A stretch of DNA of 64,000 bases from Candidatus Eiseniibacteriota bacterium (GCA_043809585.1 JBDROZ010000042.1:1-64000), one strand, 5' to 3'. Counted from the stretch's first letter, positions 40,444-51,056 are shown. The notes: generated by a model not told the origin, from the letters alone. Numbers and translations are program-made.

Positions 40444-41181
40444 CTAATAATTGATCACCAGTGGCAGAATTGGCCGAATATCCAAAGTTTTCTCTTGACG
40501 GCCTCCATCGAATTCCAGTTCAAGCATATGATTTTCAGCAGTTTTGAATTGGACCAGACCATGCTCGAACACATATTGAACGGCCGGCGACGGAGATGGC
40601 AGTCCAGGGCCGTGCAAACGTACACCTGTGACTTCACTGAAAGCGAGTTGATGAACTGCAGCCGCCAAAACCTCAGGTTTGCTCGCAACTGTAACGTCCC
40701 ATCCCATGTAACGAGGAACAACAAAAATACTTGGATCAGTCAAAGCCTCAGTCCCAGTCTGTGCTACTTCTATTGAGGTCCCCTCCTTCATCCACTCGGC
40801 CCAACGAGGGGAAGTTGGGAACGGCATCCTGTCAAGTTCCGGATCGACCCGCCGCAGACCGATACCGAATGGGGAAGCTTTCGGTCCCCCCAACAGTGTA
40901 GCGGCAAACTCCGGGGCTTTCTGACGGAGAACTTCAGGTTCGTCTACCCAGATGAGCTCAAGGTAAGCATTCTGAAACAAGAAGAATACCGATGAGGTGC
41001 CTTGTCCAACATGGTGCGCCGTCCTCGGGGCGAGCTGGAAACCAGAATCAATCAAAGCCTTTGCTTCAGGTGCGTCTTTGACAACGTGGATCCAGACGTG
41101 GTCTAACATAATTTCCTGCCCCATAGAAATATCTGTCACCCCAATTAGAAGCAAACTGATCAAAATGAGGTATTGATACAT
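40444..41181 (-). CDS. Secreted glyoxalase-like (VOC) protein, cassette-borne
   Basis: LDHVWIHV, HHVGQGT...FQNAYLELIW, SPFGIGLR; hydrophobic leader. Confidence 0.75.
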   Translation of the reverse strand: MYQYLILISLLLIGVTDISMGQEIMLDHVWIHVVKDAPEAKALIDSGFQLAPRTAHHVGQGTSSVFFLFQNAYLELIWVDEPEVLRQKAPEFAATLLGGPKASPFGIGLRRVDPELDRMPFPTSPRWAEWMKEGTSIEVAQTGTEALTDPSIFVVPRYMGWDVTVASKPEVLAAAVHQLAFSEVTGVRLHGPGLPSPSPAVQYVFEHGLVQFKTAENHMLELEFDGGRQEKTLDIRPILPLVINY

Positions 41182-41198
41182 TGTGTAAATTCCGAGCT

Positions 41199-41282
41199 GT
41201 ATAACGGGCGGCGGATCAGCCGCACGGACCGGAGAAAGCGCAGCTTTCGCAGGGCCGAGTCGGCTGCATTCGCTTGATGGAC
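41199..41282 (-). other. attC site with ATC (not AAC) at R''
   Basis: Minus strand GTCCATC-n5-AATGCAGC...GCTGATC-n8-GTTATAC, both extrahelical bases present. Confidence 0.65.
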
Positions 41283-41348
41283 GGCGCGAAGCGCCGGACA
41301 GAAAGCGGATGGCGATCCGCCGCCCGATGGCGCGGCGCGAAGCGTCCG

Positions 41349-41380
41349 CGCCATCTACTATTAGACAGTTCTCCATACTC
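41349..41380 (-). other. Putative attI site
   Basis: AACTGTCTAATAGTAG|ATGGCG between the integrase 3' end and the first cassette; positional inference. Confidence 0.35.
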
Positions 41381-41556
41381 CCCAAGAAACGGCCTGCTTC
41401 GCCGTATAGCATTCAACGCGCTCGTCGCACCGGCGGCGCAATCCCTTGTGGGTGAACTGGATATGCCAGTGCCGTCGAACCATGTCCGGAGCTAGGCTGC
41501 GGCATGTCGCCTCATAGTCGCCGATTAGAGAGTTCTGCATAGCTCCGCTTTCTTCT

Positions 41557-42608
41557 CTAGCGATCCAGCGGGCTTCGCACTCCAGCCCACCCGTGGCCCA
41601 AGACATGGGTGTAGATCATCGTTGTTCGCACATCTTTGTGGCCGAGAAGCTCCTGGACCGTTCTGATGTCATACCCGTCCTCCAGGAGATGGGTCGCGAA
41701 AGAGTGTCGGAAGGTGTGACAGGTTGCCGGCTTGGTGATTCCCACACGACGCACCGCCACCTTCACGGCCCGTTGAAGGACGGTTTCGTGGAGATGGTGC
41801 CGCCGGACCTGTCCGGTTTCCCTGTCCCGATAAGTTCGGGTCGCCGGGAAGACCCACTGCCAACCCCTCTCTCTTCCCCCGTTCGGGTACTTCCTCTCGA
41901 GGGCGCCCGGCAGTTCCACCCATCCGGACCCACGAGCGAGGTCGGTAGAGTGGAGCCTCGCCGCCTCTTCTATCTGCTGGGTGAGGCGCGGCTTGATGGT
42001 TCGAGGGAGGAGGGTAACCCGGTCTTTGTTTCCCTTGCCGCAACGAACGAGGATCCTCTCCTTCTCGAGGTCCACGTCCTTGATCCGAAGGTCCGCGCAT
42101 TCTCGAAGGCGAAGCCCGGAACCGTAGAGCAACGCCGCCATCAACCCCGGAACACCACGGATTTCGCCGAGTACGCGCCTCACCTCTTCCCGGGACAGCA
42201 CGACGGGCAGACGCTCCGGGCGCTTCGCCCGGACGATCCCATCCACCCAATCGATCTCCTTCTGGAGCACATGCCGGTAGAGGAACAGAATCGCGCCGAG
42301 CGCTTGGTTTTGAGTCGACGCACTCACCCGGCTTTTCGTCGCCAAGGCCGAAAGAACTGGGAGATCTCCCTCTCCCCGAGTTCGGCAGGGTGGCGCTTCT
42401 TGTGAAAGAGAATGTACCGTCGGATCCACCCGAGGTAGGCGCGCTCGGTGCGGGGGCTGTAATGCCGAATTCGGATCGCCGTCCTGACCTGGTCGAGGAG
42501 GCGTGGTTTCGGAAACGGTGACCGGTCTTCTCGGAGGAAGAGAGGGGACGCTGACCGGAAGGCGAGGCGAAAAGGAAGCGCGGTGCGATTCGAAGAGGTT
42601 GCTGTCAT
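41557..42608 (-). pseudogene. intI: Integron integrase, frameshifted near 42355
   Basis: Frame 1 [21 protein letters not shown]...EISQF; frame 2 LSALA...[16 protein letters not shown], IntI patch [14 protein letters not shown]...[29 protein letters not shown]. Confidence 0.9.
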
Positions 42609-42643
42609 TCCTGCTCTCCGTGCCCATGAGCGAGCCCGAACGC

Positions 42644-42673
42644 AGTATACATAATCCAAACCATTTGTGTCAA
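42644..42673 (-). promoter_or_regulatory. Integrase promoter
   Basis: Minus strand TTGACA-N18-TATACT. Confidence 0.65.
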
Positions 42674-42712
42674 AGATGATGAGCGGGCACATATGTCGGC
42701 TCCACGCCCGCC

Positions 42713-43330
42713 CCCTTCGACAGGCTCAGGACAGGCTTCGATACACCGCCGCCTCCGGCCGTGGCACTCAGGACGAACGGGGGGGGACTACGGAATTGGA
42801 TTTCCTGGATCCCCTGCCCCCCGCCTTCGCGGGGGCAAGCTCCGCGGGGATGACAATTGGATACTGCGCGGGGGCAGGCTGCGCGGGGATGACAATCTTA
42901 TGAAATCGGCGGGGCGGTGGATCGGAGGAGGGAGGGATCGGGGCAGGCTGGAACGCTCGTCGTGCTGCGGAAGGAAGCCCTCCCATTCTCCGGGCTCGCG
43001 GAGATTGCGTTGCGCAGGCCGTTGACGGCTCCCCGTCTATGCCCCGGTCCCTCCCGATGCCGGTCCGCCCCCCGCCGTGAGCGAAGGACCGGTGGATGTC
43101 CCTGGTTTCCACTCGCAATTTCGGGGGACACGAAACAAGTTCATGTCCCCCGAATACGCTCGTCGTGCTGCGGAAGGAAGCCCTCCCATTCTCCGGGCTC
43201 GCGGAGATTGCGTTGCGCGGACCGCCAACAACTCCCCGTCTATGCCCCGGTCCCTCCCGATGCCGGTCCGCCCCCCGCCACGCAAAGAAGATCGCGGCCG
43301 TCCCTTCCCCCCTCGTCCTTCGCTGCCCGC
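42713..43330. repeat. Composite repeat cluster (CTTCGA...CTCAGG hairpins, REP-like palindrome, two family A copies, GGGGACAC hairpin)
   Basis: Modules match 8593-8869, 58893-59500 and 20391-20856. Confidence 0.8.
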
Positions 43331-43368
43331 CCACCGAAATCAAAGCTCCAGTTCCGCGGAACCAAGAC

Positions 43369-44817
43369 CTAATGCCGCCGGTCGCGGAAGCGGAAGGGGC
43401 GGAGGGCGGTCTGGGTGATCAGCCGGGCCGCCCGGTTGCGGGTGAAGTAATTCCAGGCCCACTGGAGGAGGACGAGGACCCGGTTCTGGAACTCGACCAT
43501 GGAGAGAAGGTGGACGAAGAGCCAGAGGAACCATGCCGTGACGCCCGAGAAACGGAGGTCCTTGATCATGGCGACGGCGTGCTTCCGGCCGATGGTCGCC
43601 ATGCTCCCTTTGTCCTCGTAATGGAAGGCGGGGAGTTCTTGGCCCTCCCTCAGCCTCGCCCGGATCAGGCCGGCCACATACCTTCCCTGCTGCATCGCCA
43701 CCGGCGCGACACCCGGCAGGGGTTCGTCCCCCTTGTGGCGGAAGCAGGCGAGATCACCGATGACGAAGATCTCCGGGTGGTCCATCACGGTCAGGTTCGG
43801 CCGGACCACCACCCGCCCCGCCCGGTCGAGTTCCGCCCCCGTCTCGTCCGCGATCGCCTTTCCGAGGGGGGACGCCTGCACGCCCGCCGCCCAGAGAACC
43901 GTGTGCGCCGGGATGCGCTCCTCCCCGTCGCCGGCCCGGACCGTGACCATCTCCGGCTCCAGATGCTTCACCATGGCCCCCGTGCGCACCGTGACGCCGA
44001 GCTTCTCGAGGGATCTTCTCGCCTTCTCGGAGAGTTCGGGCGGGTACGAGGGGAGGACCCGGTCGGCGGCGTCGAGAAGGAAGATGCGCGCCCCCGCCGG
44101 ATCGATGCGGCGGAACTCCTTCCGCACCGTGTCCCGGGCGATCTCGGCGAGGGCGCCCGCGAGCTCCACGCCGGTCGGCCCCGCGCCGATCACGGCGAAC
44201 GTGAGCAGGCTTCTCGCCTTCCCCGGATCTTCCTCCCGCTCCGCTTCCTCGAAGGCGAGGAGGATCCGCGCCCGCATCTCCGTCGCGTCCTCGATCGTCT
44301 TCAGGCCCGGCGCGATCTCCTCCCAGTGGTCGTTGCCGAAGTAGTTGTGGCTCGCGCCGGTCGCGATCACGAGGGTGTCGTACGTGAGAACTCCCGTGCG
44401 AAGGAACACCTTCCCCTGTTTCACGTCGAATCCGGTCGCCTCGCCGAGGAGCACCCGCGCGTTCTTCTGGCGTTTCAACACCATGCGAAGGGGCGCCGCG
44501 ATGTTCGCCGGCGAAAGGCCGCCCGTCGCGACCTGGTAGAGCAGGGGCTGGAAGAGATGAAAATTGCGGCGGTCGAGGAGGGTGATCCCGACCGGCGCCC
44601 GCCGAAGGGAGCGGACCAGAAAGAGGCCGCCGAAGCCGCCGCCGATCACGACGACATGATGGCGCCGCGTGTCGAAGGCCGCCTCCGCGGGGGCGTCTTT
44701 CGACCGGGAACGGGAGACGGCGATCCCCCCCCGGCGGCCGAGAGCGGTCGCTTCGGCGAGAGAAGGGTCGAAGGGCCAGGTCCCGCCCCACGCCCCGAAA
44801 CCGGCGGGTAAGTTCAT
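43369..44817 (-). CDS. ndh: Type II NADH dehydrogenase family FAD-dependent oxidoreductase
   Basis: VVIGGGFGGL, HLFQPLLYQVATG, IGAGPTGVELAG, FVIGD, APVAMQQG, DKGSMATIGR; start uncertain. Confidence 0.85.
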   Translation of the reverse strand: MNLPAGFGAWGGTWPFDPSLAEATALGRRGGIAVSRSRSKDAPAEAAFDTRRHHVVVIGGGFGGLFLVRSLRRAPVGITLLDRRNFHLFQPLLYQVATGGLSPANIAAPLRMVLKRQKNARVLLGEATGFDVKQGKVFLRTGVLTYDTLVIATGASHNYFGNDHWEEIAPGLKTIEDATEMRARILLAFEEAEREEDPGKARSLLTFAVIGAGPTGVELAGALAEIARDTVRKEFRRIDPAGARIFLLDAADRVLPSYPPELSEKARRSLEKLGVTVRTGAMVKHLEPEMVTVRAGDGEERIPAHTVLWAAGVQASPLGKAIADETGAELDRAGRVVVRPNLTVMDHPEIFVIGDLACFRHKGDEPLPGVAPVAMQQGRYVAGLIRARLREGQELPAFHYEDKGSMATIGRKHAVAMIKDLRFSGVTAWFLWLFVHLLSMVEFQNRVLVLLQWAWNYFTRNRAARLITQTALRPFRFRDRRH

Positions 44818-44979
44818 GAGCCTCCCCGGATCCCCCCAAGCAGCGGGCGGAGGGGAATTACCATCGTTCCATCACGATAGGCCACGGGCGGTCGTTTGTC
44901 GATCTCTTCGAGGCGGGGCCGTTTTCCTGTCCGGTGGCCGCCCCGTTCTGCGAGAATGAAAGTCGAGAAGGAGGGGCCC

Positions 44980-46734
44980 ATGAAGGAGCGCACGATCGCC
45001 TACTTTTCGATGGAGATCGCCCTGGAGCCGGGGATGCCCACGTACAGCGGGGGGCTCGGCGTCCTCGCGGGGGACACGATCCGGTCCGCCGCGGATCTGA
45101 ACGTGCCGATGGTGGCGGTGACCCTCCTGCACCGGAAGGGCTTCTTCTATCAGAGTCTCGATCCGGACGGGACCCAGAGGGAAGAGCCGGCGGATTGGCC
45201 GGTGAACGATTTCGTCCGCGAGGTCCCCGGCCGCCCCACCGTCATCATCCAAGGCCGGACCGTCCAGGTGCGCGTGTGGGAGTACGTCGTCGCGGGCGTT
45301 CGGGGGGAGGGAACGGTCCCCGTCTATCTCCTGGACACGGACCTCCCCGAGAACGACGCCTACGACCGCGCCCTCACGGACACCCTTTACGGCGGCGACA
45401 AGAAGTACCGCCTCTGCCAGGAAGCCGTTCTCGGCATCGGCGGCGTCCGCGCGCTCCGGGCCCTCCACCACGACGGGATCGAGCGCTTTCACATGAACGA
45501 AGGACACGCGGCGCTGCTCACCCTCGAACTCCTCAGGGAGGAGGCGACCCGGAACGGACGGTCCGACATTCTCGCCGCCGACGTGGAGGCGGTCCGGCGG
45601 AAGTGCGTCTTCACCACCCACACGCCCGTCCCCGCCGGGCACGATCACTTTCCGATCGATCTGGTGCGGGAGGTTCTCGCGACCCGGGGCGAGATCGACA
45701 GCCTGAGAGAGGTCATCTGGCTCGACGTGGCGACCCACATGAAGAGTTTCCGCGAACGGAGCCTGGACACGGGGAAGCTCGTGGAGGAGGACGCGGAGTT
45801 TAACATGACCTATCTCGCCCTGAACCTCAGTCACTACGTCAACGGCGTGGCGAAGAGGCACGGCGAGATCTCGCGGATGATGTTCGCCGACTATCCGATC
45901 GACTCGATCACGAACGGCGTCCATCTCGGAACCTGGGCGTCGCCGCCGATCGCGGAACTGTTCGACCGGCACGTGCCGGACTGGAGGCAGGACAACTTCG
46001 GCCTCCGGTACGCCCTCGGAATCCCCGGGGAAGAGCTGTGGGAGGCCCATGTCCGGGCGAAGAGGGATTTGCTCCTCGTCGTGAATCGCGAGACCAACGC
46101 GGGATTGGATCAGGGCGTTCTGACCATCGGGTTCGCCCGGCGCGCCGCGGCGTACAAGCGCGCCGATCTCCTGTTCACCGACACGGACCGGCTCCGGAGG
46201 ATCGCGCGGGAGAAGGGGGGACTCCAGATCGTGTACGGCGGCAAGGCCCATCCGAAGGACGACGGGGGGAAGGAGATGATCCGGCGCATCTTCCGGGCGA
46301 AGGAGGAGATTCGGGAGGAGATCAAGCTCGTCTACCTCGCGAATTACGACATGGAGACCGCCCGGCTCATGGTGGCCGGTGTCGATCTATGGCTCAACAC
46401 GCCGCAACCCCCGAACGAAGCGTCGGGCACGAGCGGCATGAAGGCCGCCCTGAACGGCGTGCCTTCCCTCAGCGTTCCGGACGGGTGGTGGGTTGAAGGG
46501 TGCATCGAGGGGGTGACGGGTTGGTCGATCGGGGACGGAAGGCCCGCGCCGGGCGACTCCGGTGGAGACGGGGCCCGGCTCTACGAGAAGCTCGAAAACG
46601 TCGTCTGCCCTCTCTTCTACGGCAATCGTTCCGGCTTCGTCGAAGTCATGCGCCACTGCATCGGCCTGAACGCGGCGTTCTTCAACACCCACCGCATGGT
46701 GCTGCAGTACGTGACGCGGGCCTATTTCGCCTGA
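44980..46734 (+). CDS. glgP: Alpha-glucan phosphorylase
   Basis: [56 protein letters not shown]. Confidence 0.9.
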   Translation: MKERTIAYFSMEIALEPGMPTYSGGLGVLAGDTIRSAADLNVPMVAVTLLHRKGFFYQSLDPDGTQREEPADWPVNDFVREVPGRPTVIIQGRTVQVRVWEYVVAGVRGEGTVPVYLLDTDLPENDAYDRALTDTLYGGDKKYRLCQEAVLGIGGVRALRALHHDGIERFHMNEGHAALLTLELLREEATRNGRSDILAADVEAVRRKCVFTTHTPVPAGHDHFPIDLVREVLATRGEIDSLREVIWLDVATHMKSFRERSLDTGKLVEEDAEFNMTYLALNLSHYVNGVAKRHGEISRMMFADYPIDSITNGVHLGTWASPPIAELFDRHVPDWRQDNFGLRYALGIPGEELWEAHVRAKRDLLLVVNRETNAGLDQGVLTIGFARRAAAYKRADLLFTDTDRLRRIAREKGGLQIVYGGKAHPKDDGGKEMIRRIFRAKEEIREEIKLVYLANYDMETARLMVAGVDLWLNTPQPPNEASGTSGMKAALNGVPSLSVPDGWWVEGCIEGVTGWSIGDGRPAPGDSGGDGARLYEKLENVVCPLFYGNRSGFVEVMRHCIGLNAAFFNTHRMVLQYVTRAYFA

Positions 46735-47360
46735 TCCGCCCCGGCGAGGCCGGCCGCGTAGTTCGCGATCTCCCGGACGAGCCGCGCCGCCGCCCGGTTC
46801 GTCGCCTCCACGCCGCCCACGGGGTCTTCCGTCGCCGCCTCCTCGACCGCCTCGAATGTGCGGACGCCGAGCAACCGCTCCCGTGTCCGGTCGAGCACCT
46901 GGATCCGGAGGGTGAGCCGGACACGGCTCGGCTTCGCGTCGAACTCGTGCCGGAGGCAGAGGAGCTTCCCCTCGACAAAGAGATCCCCCCGAACCGGCGT
47001 CGGGTAGGCGACCACCGCGCCGAACGACCCCGTCGCTTCGGCGGCGCCGACGAGGAGAGGAAGGATCATCTGGACCGGCGGCTCGGCCCATCGGTTCTCG
47101 GCGAACCGCTGCAGACGGTACGGCTCGCGAAGGTAGATCATGTGGAACGTCTGGTAGCCCGGGGCCGCGTAGAACGGCCCGAACACGGCGATGGGGCCGC
47201 CGGTGGCCGCCGCGGCCGCCGCGGAGGCGGGCGTGGGAGGCTCGAGGACGTACGTTTTCAAAAGCGCCTTTTCCGGTTTCGGGATCACCGTGCAGCCCGT
47301 CGCGGCCAGGACGGGGAGAAGAAGGGCGGCGGCGAGTCGGGTTCGGTTCCGGCGGTTCAT
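46722..47360 (-). CDS. ABC transport auxiliary lipoprotein (PqiC-like)
   Basis: Lipobox ATGC, NRWAEPP; last gene of the Mla-type operon. Confidence 0.75.
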   Translation of the reverse strand: MNRRNRTRLAAALLLPVLAATGCTVIPKPEKALLKTYVLEPPTPASAAAAAATGGPIAVFGPFYAAPGYQTFHMIYLREPYRLQRFAENRWAEPPVQMILPLLVGAAEATGSFGAVVAYPTPVRGDLFVEGKLLCLRHEFDAKPSRVRLTLRIQVLDRTRERLLGVRTFEAVEEAATEDPVGGVEATNRAAARLVREIANYAAGLAGADQAK

Positions 47361-48253
47361 TCCTTTTTCTCCGTCCGTTCCCCCGGTCCGGGGGGAGGCG
47401 ATTTTCTGCCGAAGGCGAAGACGCTCGGGTCGTCGCCGAGTTCTTCCAAAGTCCCTTCGAGCCGCTGCAAGACCGACCGGAGCTCGGCCGCCGTCATGCG
47501 CAGATCGACGCTGAAGGCGCTCGCCCCGTCGGCGGAGCGGGAGACGTCGTCGAGGAGCGTGTCGAACCCCTCGAGCGATTCCTCGGCTTTCTTGAAGAGC
47601 GCCGGCAGCTGGTCGCTCGCCTCCGCCGTCCGGTCCATGGCGTGGCGCACGTCCGCCATGACGAGATCCATCGACTCCGCCTGGGTCCGAAGGGCCGCAA
47701 GCACGCTCTCCAACTCGCCGAGGACCCGGCCGAGGGCTTCCCGGTTCGGTTCGCTCAGCAGGGCGCGGACATCGTCGGAGGTGGCGGTCAGGCTGGTCAC
47801 CAGGCGGGTCATGCCGGTGTCGAGCCTCGTGAAGAGGGAGGGGCCGCTCGGGATGACCGGGTACTTCTCACCCCTCCGGGCGAGGAGGAGGGGCGCGGCC
47901 GGATCACCGCCGTTCAGGTTGAGGAAGGCGATTCCCGTCAGGCCCTGGGACTCGAGGAAGGCGATCGTCCCCTCCCGGATCGGGATCGTCTTGTCGATGA
48001 GAAGCTCGATCCGCACCCGGTCGGGATGCTCCAGGTCGAGGTCGATGGCGATGACGCGGCCGATCGTGACGCCCCGGTATTTCACGGGCGCGTCCTCGCC
48101 GAGACCGGAGACCGACTCGGTCATGTCGACGTAGAAATGGTTGTACTCGCGGCCGGGCTGGCTGAAGCCGATCCACATGGCGGCGGCCACGAAGGCCACG
48201 CCGAAGAGGATGACGAAGAGCCCTACGAGCGTGTAGTTTACGTGCGTTTTCAT
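47357..48253 (-). CDS. mlaD: MlaD/MCE family protein
   Basis: NYTLVGLFV, ESVSGL...VKYRGVTIGRV, QGLTG. Confidence 0.85.
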   Translation of the reverse strand: MKTHVNYTLVGLFVILFGVAFVAAAMWIGFSQPGREYNHFYVDMTESVSGLGEDAPVKYRGVTIGRVIAIDLDLEHPDRVRIELLIDKTIPIREGTIAFLESQGLTGIAFLNLNGGDPAAPLLLARRGEKYPVIPSGPSLFTRLDTGMTRLVTSLTATSDDVRALLSEPNREALGRVLGELESVLAALRTQAESMDLVMADVRHAMDRTAEASDQLPALFKKAEESLEGFDTLLDDVSRSADGASAFSVDLRMTAAELRSVLQRLEGTLEELGDDPSVFAFGRKSPPPGPGERTEKKE

Positions 48254-49041
48254 CTCGGCAAGGCCCCCCGAGTCGCGGCGCGTCCGCGCGGTCCCTGGAA
48301 ATACTCTCGAATCCAGGGATGGCCGGCCACCGCCACCACCTCTTTCGGACCGATCGCCAGGATCCGCCCTTCGCCCAGGACGGCGATCCGGTCGGTCACC
48401 CGCCACAGAGTATCCAAGTCGTGGGTAACCATCAAGAGCGTCAATCCGAGATCGTGGGCGAGTTGGAGAACGAGATCGTCGAAGGCGGCCGCCCCGATCG
48501 GGTCGAGACCCGCCGTCGGCTCGTCGAGGAGGAGCAATTCCGGGTCGAGGGCGATGGCCCGGGCGAGGGCGGCGCGCTTTCTCATGCCCCCCGAGAGCTC
48601 GCTCGGGTACTTCGCGGCGGCGCTCTCGGGCAGACCGGCGAGGGCGATCTTCACCATTCCGATCTCCCGGATCGCCCCGTGGCTCAGATTCGTGTGCTCC
48701 TTGAAAGGGACGCCGACGTTCTCGAGAACCGTGAGGGAGGAGAAGAGGGCGCCGTATTGGAAGAGGACGCCCATGCGGCGCCGGATCCGGTGGATGCCGG
48801 CGGATCTCATCTTGCCGGTGTCTTCCCCGAAGAGGAGGATCCGCCCGCCCGCCGGCTCGTGAAGGAGAAGGATCGTCCGGAGGAGGGTGGTCTTTCCGCA
48901 GCCGCTCTCGCCGACCAATCCCAGGACTTCGCCTTTGCGGACGCCCAGACTGAGGTCCCTGAGGACGGGCGTGTCGTCGAACCCGACCCGAAGATCCTCC
49001 ACCTCGACGATGTTCGGGACCTTGTCGTTCCGTTCTTCCAT
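48250..49041 (-). CDS. mlaF: MlaF-type ABC ATP-binding protein
   Basis: GESGCGKT, LFQYGALFSSL, LSGGMRKRAALARA, DEPTAGLDPI. Confidence 0.85.
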   Translation of the reverse strand: MEERNDKVPNIVEVEDLRVGFDDTPVLRDLSLGVRKGEVLGLVGESGCGKTTLLRTILLLHEPAGGRILLFGEDTGKMRSAGIHRIRRRMGVLFQYGALFSSLTVLENVGVPFKEHTNLSHGAIREIGMVKIALAGLPESAAAKYPSELSGGMRKRAALARAIALDPELLLLDEPTAGLDPIGAAAFDDLVLQLAHDLGLTLLMVTHDLDTLWRVTDRIAVLGEGRILAIGPKEVVAVAGHPWIREYFQGPRGRAATRGALPR

Positions 49042-49042
49042 G

Positions 49043-50158
49043 TCAGATTCCCAACCAGCTGAACACAACCGAGAAGAGGGCGTCGGTCAGGATGATCAGG
49101 AAGATCGCCTGCACGACGCTCACCGTCGTTTGCCTGCCGATGCTGTCGGCGCTCCCCTCGACGCGGAATCCCTGGTAGCAGCCGACCGTGGCGATCAGCG
49201 CCGCGAAGAGGGTCGCCTTCCCGACGCCGATGAGGTAGGACTCGGTCGTCACGACCTCGGGAAACCGCGCGAGGAAGGCGGTCGGAGTGATGTCGGTGAG
49301 GATCACCGTCATCACCAGGCCGCCGAGAACGCCGACGGCGTCCGCGTAGACCGTGAGGAGAGGAAGCACCACCCAGAGAGCGCCGAGCCGGGGGACGACG
49401 ATCGAGTCCATCGGATCGATGCCGAGCGTGCGGAGTGCGTCGAGCTCCTCGGTGATCTTCATGGTCCCGATCTCCGCGGTGAAGGCGGAGCCCGTGCGAC
49501 CCGCCACGATGATGGCCGTGAGAAGGGGCGCCAGCTCCCGGAGGACCGAGAGGCCGATGAGATCGACGACGAATATGTCGGCGCCGTAGCGCTTCAGCTG
49601 GAGGACGCTCTGGTACGAGATGACGACGCCGAGGAGGAAGATGAGGAGGCCGACGATCGGAAGGGCGTGAAGCCCGGCGGTCTGGATGACCAGAAAGAGC
49701 TCCCGCCAGTTCCCCCGCCACGGCCGTATGATCGTCCGGTGCCACGCCACCGCCACCTGGCCGGTGAAGGAGAGGAAGCGCACCGTCCGCAAGGCGAGCG
49801 TGGAGGCAGCTGCGCCGAGATCGTGGAACGGCCGGAACGGTCTGTCTTCCGGCGGCGGCCGGAGATTGCCCCACCGCGCCACGAGGTCGAGGAGCGACTG
49901 GTGTTCGTCCCGGAAGCCGAGAAGGCGGACGGCCCCGCCCCCCCTCTCGAGCCGGCCGATCTCCCGCCGGAGGAGCCAGGCCCCCGCCGTGTCCATCGCC
50001 TCGATGCCGCTCCCGACGAGGACCACTTCCCCATCCGCCGGCCACGAAATGCGGTCCGCCCCGGCCTCGAGACGGCCGATGCCCGAGACGGTCCAACGGC
50101 CGGAGCAGTGAAACTCCGGCTTACCGCCCGCCGACTCGAGAATCATCGCTTCGTTCAT
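49043..50158 (-). CDS. mlaE: MlaE permease with N-terminal STAS-like domain
   Basis: MDTAGAW STAS segment; RELAPLLTAIIVAGRTGSAFTAEIGTMK..EELDAL. Confidence 0.88.
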   Translation of the reverse strand: MNEAMILESAGGKPEFHCSGRWTVSGIGRLEAGADRISWPADGEVVLVGSGIEAMDTAGAWLLRREIGRLERGGGAVRLLGFRDEHQSLLDLVARWGNLRPPPEDRPFRPFHDLGAAASTLALRTVRFLSFTGQVAVAWHRTIIRPWRGNWRELFLVIQTAGLHALPIVGLLIFLLGVVISYQSVLQLKRYGADIFVVDLIGLSVLRELAPLLTAIIVAGRTGSAFTAEIGTMKITEELDALRTLGIDPMDSIVVPRLGALWVVLPLLTVYADAVGVLGGLVMTVILTDITPTAFLARFPEVVTTESYLIGVGKATLFAALIATVGCYQGFRVEGSADSIGRQTTVSVVQAIFLIILTDALFSVVFSWLGI

Positions 50159-50368
50159 GACGCCCCTCTCGCTTCCCCGGCCCACGATACCGGGGGGAAG
50201 ACGGGGACACAATACCAATTTCGCGGACCGAATCAGTTGCTGCGCGCGAAGTTGAAGGCCCGCGTGGATGGCGGGTCACGGGCTGCTCCGGTTCCGTTCT
50301 TCCGCTCGTGGATGGGGGATCTCGAATCTGGTATTGTGTCCTCGAACCGAGGAGGACGGTGAACGTCG

Positions 50369-50995
50369 ATGATTCTACCGCGCGAAGCGATCGAGCGCCT
50401 GCGGGAGGGGAACCTGCGCTTCGTGTCCGGCGCCCCGAGCGGGGAGGAAGCGCGGGAACACCCGGGCCGCCTCGCCGAACTGGCGTCGGGCCAGGAGCCG
50501 TTCGCCATCATCCTCGGGTGTTCCGATTCCCGGGTCCCGGCTGAAATCGTCTTCGACCAGGGCCTCGGCGATCTCTTCGTCATCCGGGTGGCGGGAAACA
50601 TCGTCGCTCCCTCTCAGATCGGAAGCGTCGAGTTCGCCGCCACGAGATTCGGAACCCGGCTGGTAGTGGTTCTCGGGCATTCCCAGTGCGGAGCCGTCCT
50701 GGCTACTCTGGAAGAGCTCTTGCAGTCGACGGAGTTCCGGTCGGCAAACCTCCGTTCCATCGTGGATCGCATCCGGCCGTCCGTGGAGACCGTGCTTGCG
50801 ACGGAGGGGGGGAAGGACCTGGATGCCCTGGTGCGGCAGGCGGTTCGGGCCAACGTCCGGGCGTCGGTGGGGCAGCTTCGTCATGGATCGGAGATCCTCG
50901 AGCGTCTGATCGAGAACGAAGGCCTGCTCGTCGTCGGCGCGGAATATTCACTCGAGACCGGGGTCGTCGATTTCTTCGACGGTGTGGAGGAGTAG
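50369..50995 (+). CDS. Beta-class carbonic anhydrase
   Basis: LGCSDSRVP, RVAGNI, LGHSQCGAV. Confidence 0.92.
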   Translation: MILPREAIERLREGNLRFVSGAPSGEEAREHPGRLAELASGQEPFAIILGCSDSRVPAEIVFDQGLGDLFVIRVAGNIVAPSQIGSVEFAATRFGTRLVVVLGHSQCGAVLATLEELLQSTEFRSANLRSIVDRIRPSVETVLATEGGKDLDALVRQAVRANVRASVGQLRHGSEILERLIENEGLLVVGAEYSLETGVVDFFDGVEE

Positions 50996-51056
50996 CGGCA
51001 GTTCCCGTGAGAGGGCATGGGACTCTCGAGTCCCGCCGCCGGAACCCCGGTTTCCG

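Noticed and set aside
42610-42700. LexA/SOS box at the integrase promoter
   Set aside because: Only poor matches to CTGT-N8-ACAG or GAAC-N4-GTTC
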